In this document: in pieces, positions 28,601-40,500 of the stretch
Layout of the letters: the number at the start of each line of letters is the position of its first letter
How positions within the stretch are numbered: the stretch's first letter is position 1
DNA from: Amphiscolops sp. MND2022
Taxonomy: Eukaryota
Length of the DNA: 64,000 nucleotides
Reading direction: 5' to 3'
Assembly (NCBI GenBank): GCA_964187785.1
Contig: OZ076412.1
Location: forward strand, 46,934,001 to 46,998,000
Program-made: the position numbers and the translations under genes
The notes under the pieces: model-generated
What the model was told of the DNA's origin: nothing
Seen by the model: the letters and a program-made list of their open reading frames with translations, nothing else
Databases searched by the model: none

Positions 28601-30260
28601 TCTCCAGTCGTACTGCGGGAATCTAGTGGGCCCCTGTGCCTCGACATTCAAATTGGATAAGAGTGAAGTTAATAGGTCCAACTCTCCGCCAGACTGGAGT
28701 CCTAACAAGAGGAGCCTCATCTGTGAGCATGCGACTGATGAGGGATAAAGAATTTCTGTGTCTTTTGGCAACTCTCTCTGTCCTGGCAGCAGGTGACATT
28801 CGCCCAAAGTTGGAGTGATTGGAAACGTCTGCTCCGCTTTTTCCCGTGCTTCGTCTAGAGCAACTCCAGTTATCTCTCGCTCATTTTTGTCATAGAGTGG
28901 AAGTCCTGGTGTTTCTAATCTAATTCGATGCTCTCGAACCCAGTGGGCATCAGTACGGTAGTGCGATAAAATTTCGAGCGATCCTTTCGTCTTTAGAGAC
29001 AACTCTACTTGACACACTCTACAGCGCCACTTGTGAGGATTCTCGTTCGGGTCAGCTGGACGTGTGACGAAGAATTTGAACACGGGATGCTTTTTATACA
29101 TCTGAGCAGAAAGCTGCATTCGGGGTCTTGGTCTTTTGCTAACCACAACTTGTTCATCGGATGTTGTTTGGACCGGGTCAGAAGTTTCGGTGTTGTATGA
29201 ACGCCTGAGAGAGCGTCTTTTCCCCGGAGATGTAATTGGAGTCCGTTCTGGGGCACTACGTCGTTGATTTGCCCGTGTGGATTCACCCCCAGAAGGGCCC
29301 GTAGTGGGTTCGGATCTTTCAACAGCGTGCGCAGACATTGATTGCTCAAGCTTTGTACTGACAAGAGTTTCAAGTCTCTGCTCCAGTGCCTCTAAGTCGG
29401 AACATGTGACGAAATTGCCAAATTGTGTTACTGGAAGCGATTGAGCATTGGTAGCTGGTCCGCGGCTTTCTTGCTCGTTGGGGGCTCTCACTGCAAGTTG
29501 ACCTAAGTAACGTGTGGTAGGAGATGTTCGAGAATGGACCCCTTCCAACATGGGAGTAGTCGCCCGTGAGGAACATTCATCTGGTAGAGACTTTTTCTCA
29601 CCTGCAGGAGCGATTGAATTGAGGCAATCGGGTTGCTCTCCAGTCACATCAAGAACGAGTTGAAGATTAGAATCAACGGAAGTGGCAAGGAAACTAACAG
29701 GTTCTTTGGGACTTGTCATGCTGTGGTCAAACGAGTGTTTAATCCCGTCTTGGTCGAGAGTTACATTAACAGTTTCACAGAAAGAACGCTCTGGTTCAGG
29801 AGTAGATTGATGGAGGGGAACAACAGACGTCAAAACCGTCAATTCATTGGAAGATGGTTGTCTTTGGTGAAAGGATTGAGAATCGGTATGAGCTAGAACA
29901 CATAAAGAATTGGAAATAAAGATGACATAGGTCGATGAAAATCAACCTGAAAACGGATATTATCCGACTAAATTGTGGGAAACTGATCACTTCCTACTTT
30001 AAAATCAGAGTTAACTCGAAAAAGTGTTCACAACTTGAAACAGAAAATCCGAAAATGGACCTGTGGAGAGCGGATGTGAAAATGAAATTTGTTCAGCGGC
30101 GGAAACAGGAAGTCTTCAAGCGACACTTGTGAAAGTCCAATGTGAAACCAAATACCGAGATATTTTCATCCATTAATTAAAGGCTGAAAATATACAAACC
30201 TTGTGTTGGCAAATCGGTTCCCTCCTTGTAGCCAGACATCGTTTCACCCAGTGGATCCAT
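25630..30260 (-). CDS. Element A antisense cargo gene, six exons (30260-30200, 29892-28586, 28515-28030, 27224-27090, 27008-26927, 26858-25630), 1,099 codons; zinc-finger, hAT-transposase-like protein; one internal TGA at 26383-26385
   Basis: All five introns are GT-AG. Exon lengths sum to 3,300 nt in frame. Intron positions and phases match the element B gene. Finger CRVC-x16-H-x5-H. Confidence 0.85.
27340..27950. repeat. 39-bp tandem array (GAAAACAGCATAGAAGAAAAGTTCATGCGATTTTCAGGA) inside cargo intron 3
   Basis: About 5-6 well-conserved units from 27424, plus degenerate flanking units, each with a GCAT...ATGC inverted core. Confidence 0.9.
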
Positions 30261-30574
30261 AAGACAAACTGCGAAAGGCTGTAGTCGATTGCAAAACAAA
30301 GAGTCCGTGAGAATAGCAGTGTTGGAAGAATGAAAACCAAGTGAAGATAATTCAGGATAACGAATCAGGAAAGCGGAGTTGGATAATTCGAACGAGAAAT
30401 GTGAGAAACTAAAGATGACGGAACTACAAATGACTTGAAGACTCTGAAAAATGGTAAAAACTATGAAGACTGAGAATTAATAATGTAGATTGAAATTATC
30501 AAGAAATCAAAATTATCAAAGCAACTGGAAATAGAAGGCGTGGCAGTTAACGAGAAGGCAATAACGCAAATGGA

Positions 30575-30620
30575 TGACGTCAATAATGGCGTTTTCAGTG
30601 TATCTCAAATCTGATTGGTC
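30575..30620. promoter_or_regulatory. CRE-like palindrome TGACGTCA (30575-30582) and CCAAT box (GACCAATCAG on minus, 30620-30611) upstream of the cargo gene
   Basis: The same GACCAATCAG lies at a similar distance (about 330-350 bp) from the cargo ATG in element B. Confidence 0.5.
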
Positions 30621-31492
30621 GAGAGCAAGTACTCAGTTTCGCCATTTCTGCCATAATGACTAAATTGGAGGAATCCATACCATATAAGGAAACTGACAGA
30701 CTTTGCGTATTAACACGCAACACACCGCTGCAGTGAAAGTGCACTATGCTGTTCTGCATTAGAAACCGCATAATGGTCCAGCGCTATCGATCGTGAACAA
30801 CAATCTGTCATAGTATAGAGAAGAAAATGTAACAAGGCAGCATAAAGGGATTATGCGGGATTAAAAGTGAAACTGCATAAAGTGTTCATGCGAAAAATAT
30901 CAAAGACAGCATGGTGAAGTAATAATGGCAATATGAGAAATTATGATGCATTATGATGTTTTCTGTAAGCAGTTTATGATGTGAATCATTATTAACACTG
31001 CTGATTTGAATATTACACATTTACTAGTGAAAGAATGAAATTCCACACTTTTGAGAAAGATGATTCATACAACAAAGTGTGAAATCTTCACATGATGAAT
31101 CTGAATGGACTACAACCATAATGTATTTTGATGATGAGTAATTAAAATTCAGTTACCCTTTATGGGGTAGCTACCGGCGATATATGAAAGAAACTCTGGA
31201 AATCAATAGTTATTGATGATCAATTAAAGAAACTCGATGATGCTAGATTTCCATAAATTATTTGATAATTACCCAAAAACCCCGGGAAAAGGGTAACGCG
31301 AAAGTGTGTTGGAGCAATTTATATAAAACCCATAAACCTACAAAAATCTAGAAAACCTCACCATTTTGGTCCTAAATTTTCAGAAAACAGTTGATCTTCG
31401 CCTTACAACTTCCTAATCTTGTAGTAATTCTTGATTCAAAATTGTATAACAATTTGAACCGTTTATACCATTTGATTTCAAAAAACATAAAA

Positions 31493-32439
31493 ATGGACAG
31501 CACACCTGTGAGAAGAAACAATAACACGAGGGACCCAATGTTAATTGACACTGCACTGGACCTAATAAATATCTCCAGTAGCTCTGAGGAAGGATTTACG
31601 GTGGAACGTTTCTCCTTGCCCGAACTAGAAGATAGGTTCAGAGTTGCACCATCATCAATCACGAACATGCCAACTGCTTTCATGGGGTCGGCAGAGGCCT
31701 CATTATTCGTGACCAATTCAATTGATGCCAGGTCAACAGGATGTATAGACACAAGAGGAACGTCCATTGAAACTGAGCTGATGGATCTATTGAACGACAT
31801 ACCGGATAGTTCACCCACAACGTTCATCGATACCTCCGACGAAGAAATGAACCCCTTCCCAGAGGCTAATTTCGCGAATGTACAAAGGAACGCGTATGGT
31901 CGCCCTACTCAGAGAGTGTGCCCTATGCCCAGACAACAACAAGAGACACAACCTCCTAATGCGAACCTACCAACTATACCCAGCCGAACAAGCGCTTTTA
32001 CAGCGTATACAGCACCACAGCAGAGAACAACTGACCCGAATCCTCGTCCTACACAACAAGCACAGTATTTGCCGATGCCCATCCCGTTCTACCCTATTGC
32101 GTGGAACAATGTGGGATATGGGACATTGGGTCATAATATGCAACACCACCATCAAGCAACGTTCCCGCTCATAACGGAACCTTGTTGCAAATGAACCCTC
32201 CAGTCATGCCCGAAGTCGCAGGTTATTGCCCAGGTTGCACTAAAACCTATGACCAAATTGCAGTAGAGACATTGACCCACTACGTTGCTTGGTCCGAGTA
32301 TCCTGATGAAACAATCCGCGACAGAAACGTCAGATCAAGGGCTTTTGTGGACGGATTTGGAGCTGCGTTGATCTGCTTCAAAAATGCTGGACTGTCGCCG
32401 GGCTTCCCCTGCGAGATGTCCGAAGTGCAGCATCGATGA
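31493..32439 (+). pseudogene. Element A ORF3 (about 315 aa, unknown function), one frameshift near 32185, stop inside the 3' LTR
   Basis: ORFs 31391-32194 and 32182-32439 are together homologous to element B ORF3. Shared motifs: ISS.S.E.FTVE, N.YGRP, CxxC..TYDQIA, DRNVRSRAF, FKNAGL. Confidence 0.8.
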
Positions 32440-34158
32440 TCAGTTCAACTTGCTCCTTCCTACCGCCTGAGACCCGAAGATCCGAATCAAATCGTCATCA
32501 GTGGTACAGGCTTCAAAAACATTTAAAGTTACCACAAACTGAGATAATTATTTTGAATGTTTGTTCTTGTTGCTAAATTTTTAGCATTCGTTTGTGTTAT
32601 AGTGTTCGTTAATGTTAAATTGGATGCCCTATTGCTTTCATTGATTTAATTGTAACAACGGTCTGACCGTTGGCAAATCGAAAGAAAAAGAAAAACTTTG
32701 ACCAAATAAATTAGTCTCTAGTGATAATGTTACTAGCTGACCCAAGCCAAGCCTTTATTTTTACTCCCACTTTACCTTATAAGAGTGTACTGTAGTTTGA
32801 TATAGCTTTCAAAATAATAGAGCATTTGTAGCAAGACTATGTAGGAAGCTTTCATAATCTGCATGATGAATTATCCATGAAACAGCATACTGTGCTCATA
32901 CTTCTTTTCATTAAGAGTTCATACTGCTTTGTGCAGTTCTTACTAAGCCACATATGCGGCTTTAGCTAAAAAACAGTATGATGACTACATACGTGCGGAT
33001 AGTTAGTTATGCTACTTACCGCATTATGCGGAAGTATTGTAAAAACATCATGATGATTAACCCCGTGTGCACGTTTATACTCCTCACCGCATTATGCGGA
33101 AATATCTCAAAACAGCATGAAGTTTAATTCATAATTAACATAATGAACAGCACCGATAAATTATACTGCATTATGCGGTTCCCATAAAACAGTATATGTG
33201 CGGATATGCTGACAGAACGTCATAATCCGCATATTGCTTCTACAGTAATTTACTGATGTAGCAGTTCTATATTTAGACCTTCTAGGGATATGACGTTATG
33301 AAGTATTTTTAATCCCTGACCCTAGAAACATGACGTGATGATGATTTGTATAAAAATGATTGTCATGTTACTAAAAATACCAACCAATAGAATCATTCGA
33401 AGCGAGTCCCTAAGAAATCATTATTCCCCACATTCATTCGAAAAAAATCTCACGCAGAACACAGTCACTCAATTTCACAAACTACCCACAGTTCTCAAAC
33501 TTGGCAGTTTTCTTCCTTTGTAAAGATAACTTCCACGATTTCATTTCACCAAAATATCTTTGTAATTCAAAGATTTTCACACTCAACACTGTTTTCATCA
33601 TGGGAAATAAAAGAAATAGACGTTCAAGAAGGATAGAATCTCAGTCATCGGACAGAGAAGAGAACACTTCAGAAACAAGCTTCACTCAAGGTAATGCGAC
33701 TTTAGTTGACGTTTCTGAAAATGTTAATAACATTTTTGACAGGAACTTAGGTAGCGAACTGACAGAACCTTCGCAAATCAGCAATGAAATAGAAGTAATA
33801 TCCCAGAGATTATTTGAACAGAACAGTAACAAGATGACACAAATCGAACAGCAACTGAATAGTAAATTCGAAGAGATACTTAGAGAAATTAGAACAAATA
33901 GAGAAAGCAAGTTGGCAAATGATGAAGAGGATGCCGAGAACAATAGGCCAGGTCCATCTAACTCGAAAAATAGAAGTCTCAGGAACAATCACGCATCAAA
34001 TACAACATTAGACAAAGACAAAAATCAGGATGATTGGTTTTATCCATCTGAAATGGGTGAATTAAGACAACCATACATGCCAGTCGGAACTGCTAATGAA
34101 ACACTAAACGAAACCATCATTATAAACGAAAACAGACAGGAGAATGCCGATCATCACA
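32393..34158 (+). repeat. 3' LTR of element A (about 1.77 kb, TG...CA)
   Basis: Direct repeat of 17523-19262. Contains the ORF3 stop and an open 186-codon Gag N-terminal ORF (ATG at 33600). Confidence 0.95.
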
Positions 34159-34668
34159 AGTGACTTCTTTCTTCAGACCATAGACGTCACACTGATCGGT
34201 CCATTTTTTTGGAGAAGAAGCTACTAAAACTACTCAGGCCAAGTCCGGCTAGGGCAAACTTAGTGCAAAGATTCCCCCTTTCATTTTTTATTTCAAACGT
34301 AACCTACAATCCTACATAACCGGAAGAGTTTAAAGGTTCTACCTTTCGAGTTTTTCGGCTCTGTGCAACTTTTGTTGTCTGACGAAAAAAAACTGTTACT
34401 GTAATAGTCGGGCTCTTTCCATTTAATTGAAAAGGCGCCGACTAAAAAACACTTCAACAATTTTGATTTTTTCCGGGCTTTTGTGCCCTAAGTGCAGCCT
34501 CGATTTGTTGTTACTCATGACAGAAACTCGATAAATGCGTGGTATAGTAAATAAACGTTTATGTCCAGAAGTTTGGTCCGGGAATTTGACTTTTCTTTGA
34601 ATTCGAATTTTTTCTCGAAATTTTTGGTGCATTTTTATATCACAATTTTCATTTTTCGCATAGACTTC

Positions 34669-36151
34669 TGTGATAATCCTCCACTTCAGAGTCTTCATTT
34701 GAAACTATTGTTTCATCTAATTCGAATCTATTTTGACAAAATGGTTTTGCTGGATTCCTTAGTTCATGCATATTTGATGCTCTGATAGGGTGACTATCTT
34801 CATTTTCAGAGTCTGAGTTATCATTTACTGATGCGTGAACTCCTATAGACCTATCTCTGGATCCCGATGGTTGAGTGTTTTGTGTTTCATTTGTGTTCAA
34901 CCTCGGGTTTGTTACTGTCGATAAGCGTTTGTTAGGTTTTATCTCTCAGAATCGCTTCTAATTTGTTATCCATTTCTTCTCTTTTCAATTCTATCATTAC
35001 TCTTTTGTTCCATTATTTGGGTCGAAACTTGTATCTCATTGCTAACTTGGCTGGGTTCATTCAACATGTTCTCAGAGTTTTTTTCACCTAAATTACTTTG
35101 AATAGCTGTATTATTATTAGTTAAGGTCACATTACCTGAAATTGGTGTCTCTGTCTGATTCCTCTCTATCTCCCACTCTGGGGATGGAGTTTCTAGCCTT
35201 CTAGATCGTCTATTTCTTTTATTTCCTATCTTTTCTCAGTTGAAAACGAATTGCAGTTATTGGGGAAGAATTTGCATTGATCCTTTTCTTTGGCAAAACC
35301 AAATTGGAAATGGAAAAAGATTGGGGAAGTGAAAATTTACAGAAGAGAATTGTTGATTTTAAAGTGACTGCACTTTAGTAGGGTTGAAAAAGTTGTGTGT
35401 TTTCAAGTTACCCTAGCTGTCTATAACAATCATGACATCCTCCCTTTTTATGGACATCACCCTCTGGGAACGTATAAATAGAATTACATCACAATTACTT
35501 CAATCTAATTATAGTACAAAGCCCCTAGAGGAATGACAATCAAATGCCTAACAATAAGGTCTAGGAAACCCTAGAAGAGAGTATGAAATTACTTAAGAAT
35601 ATTATTTGCATGACTAATCAACGCTAAAATTTACTACAGCATCAATTTGGAGAACAATACTGCTAAAACCGCATGATGACTAGTATACATTATACATCAA
35701 AACGCATGTTACCGCATGCAAGCGCTTATGCGGAAATACCGCATTCTGACGTATATACATTTCCACTCGAAACGTATGTTGACGCATAAACGTACTATCT
35801 TGAAATGTATGTTACCGCACAATGATCAAGACATATTGCCACAGTGTTTCCAAATGAGATTGTGAGTCACATATTACATAAATCTAAACTCCATGACTCA
35901 TCAACTTGAATAACGAACATGAAAAACTAAATCCCAATACAATCTAATATGTATTAAATCATCTAAAAGAACAAAATCAACAGAACTAACAACTTTACCC
36001 AAAATAGCATTTATACATGACATCAATAAAACAAATGCAAAACAAACATAACATATCATAAAACCAGTTTCAAAGTTTTACATTATTTCTAGTCCTCATT
36101 CACCTTTTCAAAGTTGCACTCCGGATCCCATGCAGGTGCTGGGCTGCAACA
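34669..36151 (-). repeat. 3' LTR of element B (about 1.48 kb)
   Basis: Direct repeat of 59210-60674. Confidence 0.95.
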
Positions 36152-36557
36152 GTCCCGCATTTTTAAAGGTGAATAGGGCTGCTTCGAATCCATTTATGAA
36201 AGCACGGGAGCGTACATTTCGATCGCTCACTGTTTCGGCTTCGTACGATGTAACAAGGAGGTACTCACCTAATATTTCAAGTGCTATTTGATCATAGGTT
36301 TTACCGCACCAATCGCAGAAACCTGCGATGTTAGGCATAACAGTTGGAGACAATTGGTAAACATTCCTTTCCTCTGCTGGTAAGAGCAATACATTTGTAC
36401 TGTGTGCCATATGTACTACGTAGGCCTGTTGTAAAAATGGTGGTGCTTGGGGGTCGTTGTGCACTGCCACAATGTTGGGTATGACCGATGGAATTTGTAT
36501 CATCAATGGTACTGGATTTGCTGATCGATTTGGATTCGCAAGGTGTGAGTTGGTAAT
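36108..36557 (-). pseudogene. Element B ORF3, C-terminal half (downstream of the BEL insertion)
   Basis: GFCDWCGKTYDQIALE...DRNVRSRAFINGFEAALFTFKNAGL aligns with element A GYCPGCTKTYDQIAVE...DRNVRSRAFVDGFGAALICFKNAGL. Confidence 0.85.
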
Positions 36558-37507
36558 TGTAACGGCTGCTTGCCCTGATCCTGCGCTGAGGCTTGACAAG
36601 CTTTACGCCGCCCTGATCCGTTGCTTAGTGCTGTGGACTGTCACTAAACAAATCCTGGTTTTCTTGTTTAAAGGACTGTATCTTTTGGCTTGATGGGTCC
36701 GATGTGACCCGTGGAATCTCCTGCGATTCCGCTTTGTACTGAATTGGATCCGATGTGATCCGTAACACACTTCCTTTCCTGTATCTTCACGCGCTCCGGC
36801 TCTCCAACTATGAGAGTAGCTACTTAGTCGCTCTGACTCTAGCGAAAAGTTGTGAAGATTGAGAAGTTGATTAATTAGTCTCGCGGTCCTGAGACCCAAC
36901 TTGACTATAGCTATTCAGTGGCGAAAATCTCTATCTAATAATGGTATAAATGTGGTTTACAATTCTACAGTAAATATAAGCAAATATTAGTTGAAATATG
37001 TTGTATAAATAAATGACATTTATTGCAAAAATGAAGTTATTGGCTAAGTAAACAACTATGTGGTGGTTTTGGCATGTTGGTTAGGTGGTCTAGAAAGTAT
37101 GTTTACACAATGTAAATATGATAAATGTCAACGGAGTTACATTTCCTTCAAGGTCAAATGAGAAAATAACATAATAATTAATACATCAAATTTGGGTAAT
37201 TCATGGGGTCCGACCTAGGTCACTTTGGGTGTTAATAGCTCGGAACCCAGGGGAGATACGGGGTTGGTTGTTCCTAGTGAAAAGTTAGGATAGCACCACC
37301 ACTATATGTGTGGCGAGTTTCAAGATGATTGATGAAGTGGTTCATCGGGACGGGGGGGTGGCCCAATTTGTCTCAGGCTCATTTCTCCTGAAACTCGTAA
37401 TTTTATAACTAAATTTTTGATAGAGTTTTCTAAGTGTTTTGAGTTACAAGTTTCATCAGTCACGTTCAAAGTTGCGTTTCTGATCTCGCAATTGACTGGC
37501 GTCAACA
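36558..37507 (-). repeat. 3' LTR of element C (950 bp)
   Basis: Direct repeat of 45810-46766. Confidence 0.95.
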
Positions 37508-40500
37508 TTGCCGGCCCTGTTTTTCTCCCGAAAAACACTTTCATAGAACAGGGGTGCTAATTTCACTACCGGTCTTTTGAGTTTTCCATCTTCCGTTTTC
37601 ACCAGCGCAGATCTCACTCGCCCATCGCTTCCATGATAGACTTCCAACACTCTACCCATCTTGTAGTGTGCTCTTTTCACATTCTCATCTACTATCCAAA
37701 CCAAATCAGTGACTTCAAAGTGTCTAACTTCTTCTTTATTCCATTTAGATCTCTCATTCCATTGGGGTAAATATTCTCTATTCCATCTGCTCCAGATCAT
37801 ATCTGCATATGCCTGTGATACTCTGAATACTCTTCTAAGATCTGTGTATCGCTGAGCGTCAGGAATAAATGAGGTTGCTGGACTCGCGCGTCCTAGCAGG
37901 AAGTGGTTTGGAGTCAAAGCTTCCAAATCTTCAGGATCATCACTGACACTAGTCAGAGGTCTCGAATTCAATATCTGCTCGACCAGGCACGTTGTTGTGA
38001 ATAACACATCATCTGTCAGTGTTCTGTTTCCTACAATTGCCATCATAGCTTTCTTGCAGCTTCTGACCATTCGCTCCCAAACACCTCCAAAATGCGGAGC
38101 TCCTGGGGGGTTGAACTTCCATTTTATTTGCTTTTGAGCCAAAGACTGCCTAATGTCTGATTGATTCCAAGCTTCTATCCATTCTCGCTTTTCTCTCGCT
38201 GCACCCACAAAACTTGTTCCATTATCACTTATGAGATTCGGTTTTCCTCTTCTTGCGATGAATCTCGTAATTGCAGCAAGACATGCGTCGGCTTCCAGGC
38301 TGGGCACAACTTCAACATGCACAGCTCTTGTTGTCAAACATGTGAATAGACAACACCATCGTTTCATTGATTTCCTCATGAATCTCACTTCGAATGGTCC
38401 AAAATAGTCTACTCCAGTGTTGGCAAATGGGAAAACTCTTTCTTCCAATCTTTCTTTAGGTAGGTCTGCCATGAAAGGTTGAACTCCTCCAACTTGTTGC
38501 TTTCTACACTTAACACACTTTAGCTTCACATTTCTAAGCGCGTTTCGGAGTCCAATTATCCAATAATTCTGCTGCAAAATACTGCGAACACACTCTGTTC
38601 CTTCATGAGCATCTTCAATCAATTTCCTCACTATTGGATGCTTCGCAGATAGCAAAAGTGGATGTTTCATTTCATAACTCGCATCAGCAAGACGTAGTCG
38701 TCCTTTTAATTGCATTAGGTTCTGATCGTCCATAAATGGTGACAGTTTGTTCAAGTGATCAGATGCAGCCATGGGTTTACCTACGGCCAATGCTTGATAC
38801 GTTGGACCAAAGCTTTCCATCTGGCTCTTCCTCAGAAACAGTCGGATCACTTGCTTCATTTCTTCTGTTACTACCACTTTTCCTTTGCCTTTTGATTTGA
38901 ACCGAAGGCAATAGGCGAAGATGCGGGTCATTCGTCTGAAAGAACCGAACTTCTCCCAATCAATGTTCTTTTCTTCTGGCACGACTTCAAAGACTTGCTC
39001 TATGTCTTCTGTTTTCTGCTGAAACAACTGTGGTGAAGTTTGTGGCCAAGCATCTTCTTTCTCTCGAAGCCATACCGGCCCTGTGAACCACTCGCTCTTT
39101 TCTAATTCATGGACGGATTTTCCTCTTGTTCCGATGTCGGCAGGGTTTAAGGTTCCTTCGACATGTCGCCACTGATCAATGGTTGAACTGTCAAGGATTT
39201 CGGCGACCCTGTTCGCCACAAACACCGGTTGTTTCTTATCAGCTTCATGCAACCATTGCAAAACAGTTGTCGAGTCCGTCCAAAAGAAAGTTCGTTCAAT
39301 TTGAATGTCGTGTTCGTCTACGATCAGTTGTTTTAATCGGGTTCCATACATAGCTGCTTGTAGCTCTGGTCGGGGAATTGATTGTTGCTTCATTGGCGCT
39401 ACTCGGCATTTCCCTACCACATAGGCAAGCTCTCCAGTTTGTTGATCTCGAAAGTAGGCAACTATGCACATGGCGTCCAGGGATGCATCGGCGAAAATAT
39501 GCAAGTCCACTACTTCAGCAATTTTCGACAAATACTTTCTTTTGATAGCCATTTCATTCATGTGACTCAACTCCGATGCCCAATCCTTGATTTCTACCTC
39601 GTCCTCTGGAGATAACTCTTCGTCCCACGATTGCCCATGTTTCTTCCAAAATGCGGAGCTCCTGGGGGGTTGAACTTCCATTTTATTTGCTTTTGAGCCA
39701 AAGACTGCTCAATGTCTGATTGATTCCAAGCTTCTATCCATTCTCGCATTTCTCTCGCTGCACCCACAAAATTTGTTCCATTATCACTTAGAATGATATT
39801 CGGTTTTTCTCTTCTTGCGATGAATCTCGTAATTGCAGCAAGACATGCGTCGGCTTCCAGGCTGGGCACAACTTCAACATGCCCAGCACTTGTTGTCAAA
39901 CATGTGAATAGACAACACCATCGTTTCATTGATTTCCTCATGAATCTCACTTCGAATGGTCCAAAATAGTCTACTCCAGTGTTGGCAAATGGGAAAACTC
40001 TTTCTTCCAATCTTTCTTTATGTAGGTCTGCCATGAAAGGTTGAACTCCTCCGACTTGTTGCTTTCTACACTTAACACACTTTAGCTTCACATTTCTAAG
40101 CGCGTTTCGGAGTCCAATTATCCAATAATTCTGCTGTAAAACACTGCGAACATACTCTGTTCCTTCGTGGTAGTTATTTTCATGCGCATCTTCAATCAAT
40201 TTCTTCACTATTGGATGCTTCGCAGATAGCAAAATTGGATGTTTCATTTCATAACTCGCATCAGCAAGACGTAGTCGTCCTTTTAATCGCATTAGGTTCT
40301 GATCGTCCATAAATGGTGACAGTTTGTTCAAGTGATCAGATGCAGCCATGTGTTTACCTGCGGCCAATGCTTGATACGTTGGACCAAAGCTTTCTATCTG
40401 GCTCTTCCTCAGTAACAGTCGGATCACTTGCTGCATTTCTTCTGTTACTACCACTTTTCTTTTGCCTTTTGATTTGAACCGAAGGCAATAGGCGAAGATG

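Larger units (their letters stand above)
17523..34158 (+). mobile_element. Element A: 16.6-kb Ty3/Gypsy LTR retrotransposon with two accessory genes
   Basis: Direct LTRs at 17523-19262 and 32393-34158; 5-bp TSD AGTGA (17518-17522, 34159-34163); PBS; gag; pol in PR-RT-RH-IN order. Confidence 0.97.

Noticed and set aside
25630-30260. Cargo as an independent hAT transposon inserted into the Gypsy element
   Set aside because: I saw no terminal inverted repeats or 8-bp TSD, and the gene has the same position, orientation and exon structure in two diverged elements.
31493-32439. ORF3 as an envelope gene
   Set aside because: It is in the env position, but has no signal peptide, furin site or transmembrane segment; it is hydrophilic and low-complexity.
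17523-34158. DIRS, Polinton or endogenous virus identity
   Set aside because: Direct TG...CA LTRs, 5-bp TSD, tRNA PBS and a DDE integrase after RNase H define Ty3/Gypsy. No tyrosine recombinase, PolB or DNA-virus capsid gene was seen.
36557-36599. N-terminus MSSLSAGSGQAAV of ORF 36108-36599
   Set aside because: It comes from the BEL LTR. The true upstream sequence of ORF3 is beyond 46767.
36603-36899. 98-aa ORF present in both BEL LTRs (also 45854-46150)
   Set aside because: Non-ATG start, no recognisable motif; the conservation simply reflects LTR identity.
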